DNA of 64,000 bases, from NCBI RefSeq assembly GCF_009914755.1, contig NC_060927.1, one strand, 5' to 3'. This document shows, in pieces, positions 22,801 through 47,895 of the stretch. Positions within the stretch are counted from its first letter, which is position 1. Every line of letters begins with the position of its first letter. Source of the stretch: the human T2T-CHM13v2.0 reference genome, Homo sapiens. The notes under the pieces were generated by a model. The model did not search any database and had not been told where the DNA came from. It saw nothing but the letters and a program-made list of their open reading frames with translations. Position numbers and translations under genes: made by a program.

Positions 22801-24413
22801 CGTGGAAGTTTCAGTGGGAAAGTAGGTGGGAGTGACCGATGAGAAGGAGAAAAACTGGCCATGAGGTACAGAAGTTGGAATGCTAGCTGCTTCTTTAGGT
22901 ATCTTATCAGCATAAGCATTGCCCTGAGCGATGGGATCTGATGCCTTTTGGTGGCCCTTGCAGTATGTGACTCCAGCTTCCTTTGGAAGTAAAGCAGCGT
23001 TGAGTTTTTATTAAAGAGGCATTAATGATGGAGGACCCTCGCATAGTGAGGAAACCTCTTTCAGCCCATATAACAGCATGGTGGTGCAGGATATGGAAGG
23101 CATATTTAGAGTTAGTATAAATATTGATGTGTAATTCCTTTGCAAGAGTGAGGGCTCGAGTTAAGGCAATGAGTTTGGCTTGCTGAGAGGTAGTGGAGGG
23201 GGGCAGAGCGGCAGCCTCAATGATAAATGTGGAAGATACTATAGCATAGCCTGCCTTTGCTGGTGTGTGGCAAATAGGCCTGGTGGAACTGCCATCAATA
23301 AACCAGGTGTGATCAGGGTGAGGAACAGGAAAGAAGGAAATATGGAGAAATGGAGTGAATGTCAGGTGGATCAGAGAGATACAGTAATGTGGGTCAGGTG
23401 TGGTATCAGGAATAATGTGGGAGGCTGGATTGAAGTCTGGGCCAGGAACAATGGTAACTGTGGGAGACTCAACAAAGAGTGAGTACAGCTGAAGGAGCTG
23501 GGGAGCAGAAAGTATGTGTCAGGAAAGAAAACAGATTTTTGGAAGTTATGAGAACTGTAGAGAGTGAGTTGAGCATAGTTTGTGATTTTGAGGGCCTCTA
23601 AAAATATTAAAGCAGTGGCAGCTGCCGCACGCAGACATGAGGGCTAAGCTAAAACAGTAAGGTCAAGTTGTTTGGACAGAAAGGCTACAGGGCGCAGTCC
23701 CGGCTCTTATGTAAGAATTCTGACCGCACAGCCCTGTACTTCGGCTGTGTGTAATGAAAAGGTCTGGGATGAGTTAGGGAGAGTTAGTGTGGGAGCAGCT
23801 TTTAGGGCTGTTTTTTAAGGAATGGAAAGGGGAGTGGGGAAAGGATTTAGGATTTATGGGGTCAGCTAGGTTTATCTAGAACAGAATGTGTTGTGGAGGG
23901 AGGTATTGAGGATAGGAGAGTATATGGGTTTGGCACCATGGGATGGATAGGCAAGACAATTTGGTTGATAAGGCACAGATCCTGAACTAACCTGTAAGAC
24001 TTGTCCGGTTTTTGGACAGGTATGGGGGAATCGTAAGGAGAGTTTATAGGCTTTAAAAGGCCATGCTGTAACAGGCAAGTGATAACAGGCTTTAATCCTT
24101 TTAAAGCGTGCTGTGGGATGGGATATCAGCGTTGAGCAGGGTAAGGGTGATTAAATTTTAATGGGATGGTAAGGGGTGCATCCTCCATCGCCAAGGAGGG
24201 AGTAGAGGTGTCCTATACTTGTGGATTAAGGTGGGGAGATACAAGGAGTGGATGTGAAGGAGGCTTTGAACTGGGAGAAAAGGCGGCAATGAGGTGTGGC
24301 TGTAGCCCAGGAATAGTCAGGAAAGCAGATAATTTAGTCAAAATGTCTCAACCTAATAAGGGAGCTGGGCAGGTAGGGATAACTAAAAAGGAGTACACTA
24401 AAGAATGTTGTTC

Positions 24414-24783
<370 letters not shown>

Positions 24784-24943
24784 TTATGGAGGCAAGGGAA
24801 ACAGGCCCTTGAAAAGAAGGTAATGTGGAGTGGGTAGCCTCCATACTGATTAAGAAGGGGATGGACTTACCCTCCACCATAAGAGTTACCCGAAGCTTGG
24901 CATCCGTGATGGTCCAGGGGGCTTCCGAGGTGATCGGGCAGCA

Positions 24944-26568
24944 TCAGTTTTCAGCTGCTAAGCCAAGGAGATCTGGGAAGGAGTCAGCCAAGGAACATTG
25001 GGTTTGGGCTCCAGGGGCTTTAGGAGCAGTGGCGATGTGAGTCGGACAGTCCAACCTCCAGTGGGGACCCACACAGACAGGGCATGGCTTAGGAGGAATC
25101 CTGGGCTGCGGGCATTCTGAGGCCCAGTGGCCAGGCTTTTGGCATTTGAAGCAAGGTCCAGGATGATGTTTTGAAGGAGCCCCTGGGAGCTGTGGCTTTG
25201 ATGTTCTGAAGTTCTTGTATGCTGGAGATGTGGGTTGTCTTACAGTGGGTTGTCTTACAGTGGAGGTAAGTAGCTGTAACTCAGAAATGCATTGCTGTCT
25301 GGCTACCTCCTCTCTATTATTGTACACCTTGAAGGTGAGGTTGATTAATTCCTGTTGTGGGGTTTGAGGGTTGGATTCCAATTTTTGAACCTTTTTTCTG
25401 ATGTCAGGAGCTGACTGGGTGATAAAATGTGTATTAAGAATAAGGCAGCCTTCTCACCTCTCTGGGTCTAAGGCAGTAAAGCGTCTAAGTGTTGCTGCTA
25501 AGCGGGCCATGAACTGGGCTGGGTTTTCATCTTTACCTTGGGTAGTTTCTTTAAGTTTGTCTAATTAACAGCTTTGTAAGCTGCCTTTTTAAGCCCTTCA
25601 ACTAGGCAGGAAACCATGTAATCTCCCCTAGCTATACCTGAGGAATCTGCCTGATAGTTCCATTGGGGATCTTCTCGGGGAACTGCTCTAATGCCTTCCT
25701 GGAGGTCTGGCTCATGAAGCCAGAGGTTATCGGCATGAGTTTGGGCTAGAGAAAAAACTCTTTCCTGTTAATCTGGGGAGAGGGTAGAAGTTAGGATGAC
25801 ATTTAAGTCACTCCACGTTAAATTGTAGGACAGAGTTAGATATCGGAATTCCTGTGTATATTTAATGGGGTCTGATGAGAAATAGCCTAAATGCTGGCTG
25901 ATTTGGGAAAGGTCTGATAGAGAAAAAGGCACGTGTACCCTGACTATGCCTTCAGCTCCAGCCACCTCTCTAAGAGGAAATTGTTGGGCAGGTGGGGGAG
26001 AGCTAGTTGCAGAATGAAACCATAAACCAGACCAGGTGTGGGGAGGGGAGGTAATAGAAGGGTTATGGGGGGTGGGGGGAGCAGAGGCTGAAGAAGAGTT
26101 GGAGCCTGATTCAGCCTGGTGGGGAGCGACCTGAGGAGAAACAGTCTGGGGAGGAGGTGAGAGGTCAGATGGGTCAGTAGAAAAGGAAGATTCACAAGAC
26201 TCAGCGACGCTTGGGGTTGGGACTGAAGGGACAGGTGGGAGGGAAAGAAGGAGGATTTGGGATGAGTTGCATTGGGAACAGGGACTAGGGAGGGAATGAA
26301 GTGTAAAAAATGCTGGGATGTATGGCACTTCAGACCATTTGCCCATTTTTCAACAAAAATTATCTAGGTCTCGTAGGATGGAGAAACCAAAAGTGCCATT
26401 TTCTGGCCATTTAGAACCATTGTCGAGTTTGTATTGGGGCCAAGCGGTGTTGCAGAAGAAAATAAGATGCTTAGATTTTAGGTCAGGTGAGAGTTGAAGA
26501 GGTTTTAAGTTCTTGAGAATACAGGCTAAGGGAGAAGAAGGAGGAATGGAGGGTGGAAGGTTACCCAT
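24944..26568 (-). pseudogene. HERV-H gag, disrupted
   Basis: Starts MGNLPPSIPPSSPLAC at 26568, then MA-like TAWPQYKL/KWPENGTF and CA start PLREVAGAEGIVRVHVPFS. NC zinc knuckles [14 protein letters not shown] and [13 protein letters not shown]. Stops and frameshifts separate the segments. Confidence 0.9.
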
Positions 26569-27098
26569 AGTGAAGGAGGCAAGTTTAAAGGGAAGGGTAG
26601 AGACATGGAGAAGGGGAGCAGCCCTGGGCTGCAATGTGGGTGAGCAGCCAAAGCAGGTGTCCCCGCAATTGACTTGCCACCAAGGGAATGTGGATGAATG
26701 ACCAAGGCAGACATCCCTGCGGTGATCAGACACCAGTGGAATGTGGGCGAATAATCAGGCAGGCATCCCCACAGTGATGAAACACCAAGGGAAGACTGTC
26801 TTCCCAAGTCTGTGACCAGTGCCGGAGTTTTGGGTCTGCAGATAAAATGTGTCTCCTTTGTCTCTACTAGGGAGGAAAAATAACTGGAATTGGAAGGACA
26901 GGGAGATTGAAGGGTAGCAACAGAGGCTGGAGAAGAGAGTGAAAACACTGCTTACCTGATTTGAAATTGGTGAGATGTTCCTTGGGCTGGTTGGTCTGAG
27001 GACCTGAGGTCATAGGTGGATCTCTTCATGGAGTGAGGGTGAGGACAGGGGACTGGTCTCCCGAAGGAGTCCTCTTGTCCTGGGTCTTCAGCACCAAA

Positions 27099-27528
27099 TG
27101 TCACATGTGTCCGTGTGAAGGGAGTCCACCAACAGGCTTTGTGTGAGCAACAAGGCTGTTTATTTCACCTGGGTGCAGGCGGAGTGAGTCCGAAAAAGGA
27201 ATCAGCAAAGGGTAGTGGGATTATCATTAGTTCTTACAGGTTTTGGGATAGGCAGTGGAGTTAGGAGCAATGTTTTGCAGGCAGGGGGTGGATCTCACAA
27301 AGTACATTCTTAAGGGTGGGGAGAGTTACAACCTTCTTAAGGGTGGGGGAGATTACAAAGTACATCGATCAGTTAGGGTGGAGCAGAAAAAAATCACAAT
27401 GGTGGAATGTAATCAGTTAAGGCTATTTTCACTTCTTTTGTGGATCTTCAGTTGCTTCAGGCCATCTGGATTTATACGTGCAGATCACAGGGGATATGAT
27501 GGCTTAACTTGGGCTCAGAGGCCTGACA
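27099..27528 (-). repeat. HERV-H 5' LTR
   Basis: 430 bp homolog of 21253-21716 with two U3 repeat copies, followed on the minus strand by PBS TGGTGCTGAAGACCCAGG. Confidence 0.9.
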
Positions 27529-27893
<365 letters not shown>

Positions 27894-28306
27894 TAGTAGA
27901 GACGGGGTTTCACTGTGTTAGCCAGGATGGTCTCAATCTCCTGACCTCGTGGTCTGCCTGCCTTGGCCTCCCAAAGTGCTGGGATTACAGGCATGAGCCA
28001 CTGCACCCAGCCTACCATATGACTTTTTAACAGCTGATGCTATTCCATTGAATAGCAGTATAACAATCTACTTAACTACACTGCTATTGTTGGACATTGA
28101 GGCTATTACTTTCCACACTTTAGATGGCTGAATAGGAACAGCTCCAGTCTACAGCTCCCAGCGTGAGTGACACAGAAGACGGGTGATTTCTGCATTTCCA
28201 TCTGAGGTACTGGGTTCATCTCACTAGGGAGTGCCAGACAGTGGGCGCAAGACAGTGGATGCAGCACACCGTGCACGAGCTGAAGCAGGGCGAGGCATTG
28301 CCTCAC

Positions 28307-28561
28307 TCAGGAAGCACAAGGAGTCAGGGAGTTCCCTTTCCGAGTCAAAGAAAGGGGTGACAGACGGCACCTGGAAAATCGGGTCACTCCCACCCTAATA
28401 CTGTGCTTTTCTGACGGGCTTAAAAAACGGTGCACCAGGAGATTATATCCCGCACCTGGCTCGGAGGGTCCTACGCCCACGGAGTCTCGCTGATTGCTAG
28501 CACAGCAGTCTGAGATCAAACTGCAAGGCAGCAGCGAGGCTGGGGGAGGGGTGCCCACCAT
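28307..28561 (-). CDS. L1 ORF0 homolog (84 aa), open reading frame intact
   Basis: MVGTPPPASLLPCSLISDCCASNQRDSVGVGPSEPG... matches primate L1 ORF0. Expression is unknown. Confidence 0.6.
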   Translation of the reverse strand: MVGTPPPASLLPCSLISDCCASNQRDSVGVGPSEPGAGYNLLVHRFLSPSEKHSIRVGVTRFSRCRLSPLSLTRKGNSLTPCAS

Positions 28562-29144
28562 TGCCCAGGCTTGCTTAGGTAAACAAAGCAGCCGGGAAGC
28601 TCGAATTGGGTGGAGCCCACCACAGCTCAAGGAGGGCTGCCTGCCTCTGTAGGCTCCACCTCTGGGGGCAGGGCACAGACAAACAAAAAGACAGCAGTAA
28701 CCTCTGCAGACTTAAATGTCCCTATCTGACAGCTTTGAAGAGAGCAGTGGTTATCCCAGCATGCAGCTGGAGATCTGAGAAAGGGCAGACTGCCTCCTCA
28801 AGTGGGTCCCTAACCCCTGACCCCCGAGCAGCCTAACTGGGAGGCACCCCCCAGTAGGGGCAGACTGACACCTCACACGGCCAGGTACTCCTCTGAGACA
28901 AAACTTTCAGAGGAATGATCAGACAGCAGCATTCGCAGTTCACGAAAATCCGCTTTTCTGCAGACACCGCTGCTGATACCCAGGCAAACAGGGTCTGGAG
29001 TGGACCTCTAGCAAACTCCAACAGACCTGCAGCTGAGAGTCCTGTCTGTTAGAAGGAAAACTAACAAACAGACAGGACATCCACACCAAAAACCCATCTG
29101 TACATCACCATCATCAAAGACCAAAAGTAGATAAAACCACAAAG

Positions 29145-30157
29145 ATGGGGAAAAAACAGAGCAGAAAAACTGGAAACTCTAAAAAGCAGAGCGCCTCTCC
29201 TCCAAAGGAACGCAGTTCCTCACCAGCAACAGAACAAAGCTGGATAGAGAATGACTTTGACGAGTTGAGAGAAGAAGGCTTCAGACGATCAAACTACTCT
29301 GAGCTACAGGAGGAAATTCAAACCAAAGGCAAAGAAGTTAAAAACTTTGAAAAAAATTTAGATGCATGTATAGCTAGAATAACCAAAACAGAGAAGTGCT
29401 TAAAGGAGCTGATGGAGCTGAAAGCCAAGGCTCCAGAACTACGTGAAGAATGCAGAAGCCTCAGGAGCCGACGCGATCAACTGGAAGAAAGGATATCAGA
29501 GATGGAAGATGAAATGAATGAAATGAAGCGAGAAGGGAAGTTTAGAGAAAAAAGAATAAAAAGAAACAAACAAAGTCTCCAAGAAATATGGGACTATTGG
29601 AAAAGACCAAATCTACGTCTGATTGGTGTACCTGAAAGTGACGGGGAGAATGGAACCAAGTTGGAAAACACTCTTCAGGATATTATCCAGGAGAACTTCC
29701 CCAATCTAGCAAGGCAGGCCAACATTCAGATTCAGGAAATACAGAGAACACCACAAAGATACTCCTCGAGAATAGCAACCCAAGACACATAATTGTCAGA
29801 TTCAACAAAGTTGAAATGAAGGAAAAAATGTTAAGGGCAGCCAGAGAGAAAGGTCGGGTTACCCACAAAGGGAAGCCCATCAGACTAAGAGCCGATCTCT
29901 CGGCAGAAACTCTACAAGCCAGAAGAGAGTGGGGGCCAATATTCAACATTCTTAAAGACAAGAATTTTCAACCCAGAATTTCATATCCAGCCAAACTAAG
30001 CTTCATAAGTGAAGGAGAAATAAAATACTTTACAGACAAGCAAATGCTGAGAGATTTTGTCACCACCAGGCCTGCCCTAAAAGAGCTCCTGAAGGAAGCA
30101 CTAAACATGGAAAGGAACAACCAGTACCAGCCACTGCAAAATCATGCCAAATTGTAA
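29145..30157 (+). pseudogene. L1 ORF1p, frameshifted near 29780
   Basis: MGKKQSRKTGNSK...RPNLRLIGVPE in ORF 29145-29792 continues in another frame to ...LQNHAKL*. Confidence 0.95.
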
Positions 30158-30205
30158 AGACCATCAAGGCTGGGAAGAAACTGTATCAACTAATGAGCAA
30201 AATAA

Positions 30206-34037
<3,832 letters not shown>

Positions 34038-34401
34038 ACAATGAGAACACATGGACACAGGAAGGGGAACATCATACTTTGGGGACTGTTGTGGGGTGGG
34101 GGGAGCGGGGAGGGATAGCATTAGGAGATATACCTAATGCTAAATGACGAGTTAATGGGTGCAGCACACCAGCATGGCATATGTATACATATGTAACTAA
34201 CCTGCACATTGTGCACATGTACCCTAAAACTTAAAGTATAATAATAATAAAAGAAAAAGAAAAAAAAACCACTACAGTGAAGCCGGGAGCGGTGGCTCAT
34301 GCCTGTAATCCCAGCACTTTAGGAGGTCAAGGCAGGCTTATCACCTGAGGTTGGGAGTTCAAGACCACCCTGACCAACATGGAGAAACCCTGTCTCTACT
34401 A

Positions 34402-34662
<261 letters not shown>

Positions 34663-35249
34663 CTACTGTTTTATTTAGACCACTGTATTTACGTATTTTT
34701 ATTATTTTTGTTTTGAGACAGAGTCTTTTTCTGTCACCCAGGCTGGAGAGCAGTGGTGTGATCTTGCCTCACTCCAACCTCTGCCACCTGGGTTCAAGTG
34801 ATTCTTGTGCCTCAGCCTCCCAAGTAGCTGGGATTACAGGTGTGTGCCACCATGCCCAGCTAATTTTTGTATTTTTAGTAGATATGGTGTTTTGCCATGT
34901 TGGTCAGACTGGTCTTGAACTCCTGGCCTCAAGTGATCTGCCTGCCTTTGCCTCCCAAAATGCTGGGATTACAGGTGTGAGCCATCATGCCTGGCCAGGC
35001 CATTGTATTTAGCAGTTCTTTTATACAGCAACTTAGTTTTTTTCCTAATATACCTTCTTCACCTCAGACCTACAGTAGGCTTTTTGTTTTGTTTTGTTTT
35101 TTCCCTAGACTAAATGCTGCAGTAGACTTTTAAAGCAGATCTCCTAATATATCTACCAGACCTTTAATTCATCTTACTCAGTATTGACTTGTTAAACTAA
35201 GAATCACTTTGCACAGACTTCACCACTATCCTCTGCTCAAGAGCTACAG

Positions 35250-36540
<1,291 letters not shown>

Positions 36541-36736
36541 TCAAAAAAGCCAAAATAATGTTTTATGAAGGAGGAACTGAAAAAGAAGCCAGGCGTGGGG
36601 GCTCACATCTATAATCCCAGCACTTTGGGAGGCCAAGGTGGCAGGATTGCTTGAGCCCATAAGTTTGAGACTAGCCTGGGCAACATGGCGAGACCCTGTC
36701 TCTACCAAAAAAAAAAAAAAAAAAAAAAAACAATTA

Positions 36737-36880
<144 letters not shown>

Positions 36881-37273
36881 CTAAAAATAAAAATAAAAAT
36901 AGAAAAGGAAAGAGTAGTCAATAGTATTCAATGCCACTGAGAGATTAGGTAAAATGTAGACTTGATATGTCCATGGCTTCCCAATGCCTACAGGATAGAG
37001 TCTAAATTTCTCATACTGGCATTCAAGTCCCACAACAATTCTATCTTTACCTACTTTTCTAACATTTTTTCCCATATCACCTCTAAAGTAAGCCCTTTAA
37101 TAAGGTGCCCTTCAGATAAGGTGCCCTGTTTATTTTACCTAGAACACATATTACACTCTGCCTACATATCATCATTGGATATATTTTCTGTCCATCACCA
37201 CTTGTCTAAATTCTACTGATTTTCTAGGTCCTGTCCCTCTTTCACTTCCTCCATGCCTCATCCATGAAGATTT

Positions 37274-41243
<3,970 letters not shown>

Positions 41244-42376
41244 CCTACTCTAAGCCCCAACATGTCAGTGATAACCTCCTACTTTGAACTCTTAGAGCAC
41301 TTCCCCCGACCACTTACTTGACACTTCCCAAATGCTACCTAGAAAATAAAATTTATCTTTCTATGTATACATCTTTCCCATTTGTTTAGAAGGCTCCTGG
41401 AGATAGTCACCATTATATCATCCTGGCCAACCCCTACATGTCACGCAGTGCTATACATAAAAGGAGCTTAGTTCAACCATCCTAGGAAAGAAGTCGTCAC
41501 AAACGCTGTGCTGTTTAGACAATCCTGTGGCCCAGAATTGATATTTTCCACTTAAACTTCCCAGTGTACTATCTCTTTTCCCATTCCCCAAATCAACTAC
41601 TCAAAACCGTTCTCCACTTTCCCAGGGTCCTTTAATCCTCAGTACCTTGCCCCACTTCATACTTTTTCCCATATACATTGGCCCAGTAGAGGGTGTGGCA
41701 TACATAGATAACTGTCAACTAAAAATTTGTAATCCTTCTTCTGCTGTGTGGAGTTGCTACTGGAAAGTGGCTGGCCAGCCAGGGAGTACATTGTCATCCT
41801 TGCCCTTGCGTCCAGGTGGAGGTGGGGTCTTTAATAAACAGGGCTTCCCTTCCACTTGTCTTCTTCCCCATTCTCCAGTTGAATACAGACAAATCTAGGG
41901 ATGATGAACCCACAAGACAGAAGAAGCCTGGGTCCTTAAATCACCGCAAGGGGGAAAGCTGCCCACCGTGTGGAAGAATAGCTACACTAGAATGTCAGGG
42001 TAAACAACAAGCTTCTATTATGTTAAGTAACTTAAACCTTGGGGTTTGTTACAGTTGCTAGCATTATTTTAAGCAATATAGAGATCATTTGTCCTTTTCT
42101 AAGATCTTTCTCATGCTGGGGTGTGAGCATGTTACTCAGTCTCTGCCAATTTGATGTTCCCACTCAATATTATAAGTGGGGGAGCCCACTATGCAAAGAT
42201 ACGCAATAGTATGAAAACTATTCACAGTGGCCTTGCAAATCCAGAAGCAGTCACAGCAAGGTCTGTCAATAGTGGTATCTAGGTCAATGTCCACTGTTCT
42301 TGTGGCATGAGCTTAGCTGTGTTTTTCTGCTTCTAGATTATCTTGCTTTTTGACTCTTTTCTATCCCCCTTGATAA

Positions 42377-42890
<514 letters not shown>

Positions 42891-43490
42891 TAGGGTCAAT
42901 ATTATTATCATGATTTTATAAGTGAAAAAACTGTAGCTGAAAGAGATGAACTGATTTGCCTAGTTACACTGCTTGTTAGTATCATTTGGAATCCAGTTTT
43001 ACAGCACCAAAGCATGCTTTCCATCCTACCAGAAACCCTTCACTAGCTCATAATGAGGGCAATCCTCTCCAGCGCCCTTTCTAGCCTATAAATTGTTCTG
43101 GAAGTGAGGAATGCATCAATATTTACTTAATCCTTTCTTACATACAAAAGGGGTTATAAGGAAAGTTCTGTTGTTGCAGCTGTTTTCTAAGCCTTCAAAC
43201 AATATTGTTTTTCTTTTCACTTTTTCTTTTCCTTCCCTCCCCTGCTTCTGTCTGTCTTTCCAAAACAACAAACTAAGGGTAACTGCAGAAGGTACAGTGG
43301 TGGCACCGCTTCATTTAGTTCTCTTGCTGACTTTCCTTAGACTGCACTGCAGTCTAAGAATGCTTCTTCCCAACCTTCCCTCTTTCTCTCATTCACTCAG
43401 GATCACACTTACATCAATCATAGGGTTGAAATTTTGAGCGAGTTGGATGGGAAGAACCATATCCTAATAAAAAGTAATGATCTTTATTAC

Positions 43491-43884
43491 TTTTTTTTTT
43501 TTTTTTTTGAGACGGAGTCTTGCTCTGTCTCCCAGGTTGGAGTGCAGTGGCGTAATCTTGGCTCACTGCAATCTCTACCTCCCAGCTCAAGCCATTCTGC
43601 CTCAGCCTTCTGAGTAGCTGGGATTACAGGCGCGTACCACCATGCCCAGTTAATTTTTGTACTTTTAGTAGAGACGGAGTTTCACCGTGTTGGCTAGGCT
43701 GGTCTTGAACACCTGATCTCAAATGATCCGTCTGCCTCCGAAAGTGCTGGAATAACAGGCATGAGCCACCGCACCCAGCCTTGAAAATACATATGTCAGG
43801 TAGGAAGATAAAACCTATTTTATTTAAAAGTTTGTGTATTAAAAGACATGGTCAAAAGAATGCAAAGGGCTGGGTGTGGTGGCA
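43491..43884 (-). mobile_element. Composite retrocopy: Alu plus ~105 bp of non-Alu 5' sequence, flanked by a TSD
   Basis: TSD ATCTTTATTACTTTT at 43480-43494 and 43885-43899. The flank matches 17236-17290. Confidence 0.75.
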
Positions 43885-46229
43885 ATCTTTATTACTTTTG
43901 ATGTTCCCCAGTGAGTATATCTTAAATGTCAACACCACCCGTAGGAAACTAGATAGGTTTCCCATGGTTCATGGGAAAGAAGCTGGCTCTAGTAATGGAG
44001 CTGAGCGTCAGATAATCCCCTCTTCACAGAGAAACTAGAGTAGCAAGAGAGAAAGTTCTTTCAATGACTGAATACCCCATGTATCTGGAACCACTGGGTA
44101 CTGGAAACACAGAAATAAAAATGATAGAGTCCTTATCCAAAATAAGCTTATAATCTCATGGGGAGTCATATATGAATAGCTAATTTGTTTCCAGTTTCTA
44201 GATGTTAACCTCAATTGCTTTAGAACAGCATAATTCATACCAAAAGCTCAAAATCACCCATTATAATAAAAATAATTGTGAAAGTATCATAACTCATATA
44301 GTCTTTTAGAAATGCAGGAGGAATTATAAAAGAAAAAGAAGAAGAGAGGCCACTAATTAAAACAAACATTTCTTAATCTAGTGCCATGACTCTTGCCTTA
44401 GAATTTTCTAAGCAGCTGGAAGAGGGATAGGAAAAGCGAGGATGGAGAATAAAGGAAAAAGAAAGAGTATTTCTTGTATCCTGGCTGCACTTTGACTTAC
44501 CTGTAACCCAGTATCAGTATCCAGAAGGGAGAGAATCACTAAGGCTGTTTTGGTTGAAATAGGAAAGGGCATCCTCACGGTGTTAGAGTCAGTATATTCA
44601 GAAGACAAGACTGGAGCTGTTCTTGTGAGTTCAGGGGCTCTTTGAATTTATATCCCTTTTCGTATCTTCCACCGTTCCAGCCAGGTGAACCTAGCATACC
44701 ACAATTCTCAAAATGTACATCCCAATTCTATTACCAGGGATAAATTTTTTGTTTTGTGTTGTTTTGTTTTTGTTTTTGTTTTGAGACAAGGTCTCTCTAA
44801 GTTGCTCAGGCTGGAGTTCATAGGCATAATCATAACACACTGCAGCCTCAAACTCCTGGGCTCACACGACCCTCGGCCTCTCCAGTAGCTGGGACTAGAG
44901 GTGTGTGCCACTGCCTGTGGCTAATGTATAAATCTAAGTGGAATTGGAGCATATTGTAGGTAGGAAGGGTGAGGTCATCAGCAAAATCTGAAGAAGTGGG
45001 CTGGGTACAGTGGCTCACACCTGTCATCCCAGCACTCTGGGAGTCCAAAGTAAGTGGATCGCTTAAGCTCAGGCATTTGAGACCAGCCTGAGTAACACAG
45101 CAAACCCCCATCTCTACAAAAAATACAAAATTTAGCCAGGTGTGGTGGTGCGTACCTGTAGTCCCAGCTACTTGGGGGCTGAGGTGGGAGGATTGCTTGA
45201 GCCTGGGAGGTTGGGGCTTCAGTGAGCTGTCTTTGTGCCATTGTACTCTAGTCTGGGTGACAAAGTGAGACCCTGTCTCAAAAAAAAAAATCTGAAGAAG
45301 TAATTTTTTTTCTTTTCAAGATGAGGGTCTTGCTATTCTGCAACAGATTCTCGAGGCCAGGAGTTATAGCACTATAATCCCAAAATGCTGGGATTGCAGG
45401 CATGAGCCACCATGCCCCACCATGAAGTAATTTTAAAGCAACATATCAAGGTGGTACTGTCACAGAGACAGGAACAAACTACGGGAATACAAAAGAAGAA
45501 TGCAGTAATTTTGTGGGATGGAAGGCACGTTAGGTATTAGAAGGAAGGGAAGTCATGCCATCAGGAAAAGCAAGACAGTGAGGGGAGTGTTCTCAGAGAA
45601 AGATACCTAGTGGGCGGGAGGGAAGGTAGGAGAAAGCCTCAAGCAAAGGACTTAACTGGGTGGAGAAGAAAATAAGGAGACAGTGGTGGCCTGAGGGGCT
45701 CGTGTGCATGGGGCAGACTTGTGCTTCACAGGGCTCACCTTGCTGGGAGACTGAGGGGCGGAAGTAGAGAAGGGGCAGATTGTTAAGTTGAGGACAGAGG
45801 AAAAGGAGAGGCTAAGAGACAGAAAGACAGACAACTGGTTAGGGAAGAAGAGAGAGACAGGAACCATACAGTACAGAGCCCAGGGCTGCATATTCAGTGT
45901 CAGCAGGAACAACATAAATGATTCTAGCCAGACCAAAGATTTCCACATGAAGTTTGGTGACCAGACACCTGGGGAGCACTCAGGTAACCAGAGAAAGTGG
46001 AAGTCTCTCTCACATAGACAGCACTGTTAAAATGTAGAACTTGATAAAAGCTACAAATGAGAAACAAAAAGCAGATGAGAGTTTAGAGGAAGAAGAGGTG
46101 CTTATAACTGAGAAATTGTGGACATGCTTTGTGGAAGAAATGGTGTTTGGGACAGGATACATGGGCTTTGGACATGCAGAAATGGGGTTGGGGAGAACAG
46201 CAAGGAACAGCAAGAATCTGTGGTGACCT

Positions 46230-47010
<781 letters not shown>

Positions 47011-47646
47011 TAGCATAATTTCTGTGAGTTCTGCCAGCTACCATGGGCAGTCTGTTAGCAGAATCAGAGTGATCCAAAAGAAGGCTTGGGCCAAGGCATG
47101 GTGATCTAAATGGAAATTCAAGGGCTTGAGGGAGGCCAGTAGGCAGAATGAGGGAATTAAAAGGTTACACGGAAAGGATGGACCAGATTCAGTGTGAAGG
47201 GCGTGGGAAAGGTAGCAGAAAAGGAGGTGGTAGAGAGAACTGCCAGGTTCCACTCCTAGACGTGAAGCAATTCTCAGTAATTACAAAGCCCAGTGTGTGG
47301 GTGGCTGGAGTGGAACAGAGTTGAAGTCCCTTCATGTTGAGGAGGCTAAGGAATTCCTAGGCCATAGAATCAGAGGGTATCAGCATGAAGACTCTGAATG
47401 GAGTCTGAGAATGGCAGTGGAAGACAGGGAAGGGGAAAAGTGAGCCTGATGTGGAAATCACAGGACAAGGGAGAGGAGGGCATGTGGTGGAGGTCAGGGG
47501 AATGCTGAAAGGGTGGTACCAACAGAGGGTAAAAACGGCAAGTGAAAAGCAGCTCAGCAAGAATAGAAACTGTGGCCGGGCACGGCCTGGCGTGGTGGCT
47601 CACGCCTGTAATCCTAGCACTTTGGGAGGCCGAGGTGGGCAGATCA

Positions 47647-47895
<249 letters not shown>

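Noticed and set aside
34081-34114. G-quadruplex-forming tract
   Set aside because: Standard L1 3'UTR feature.
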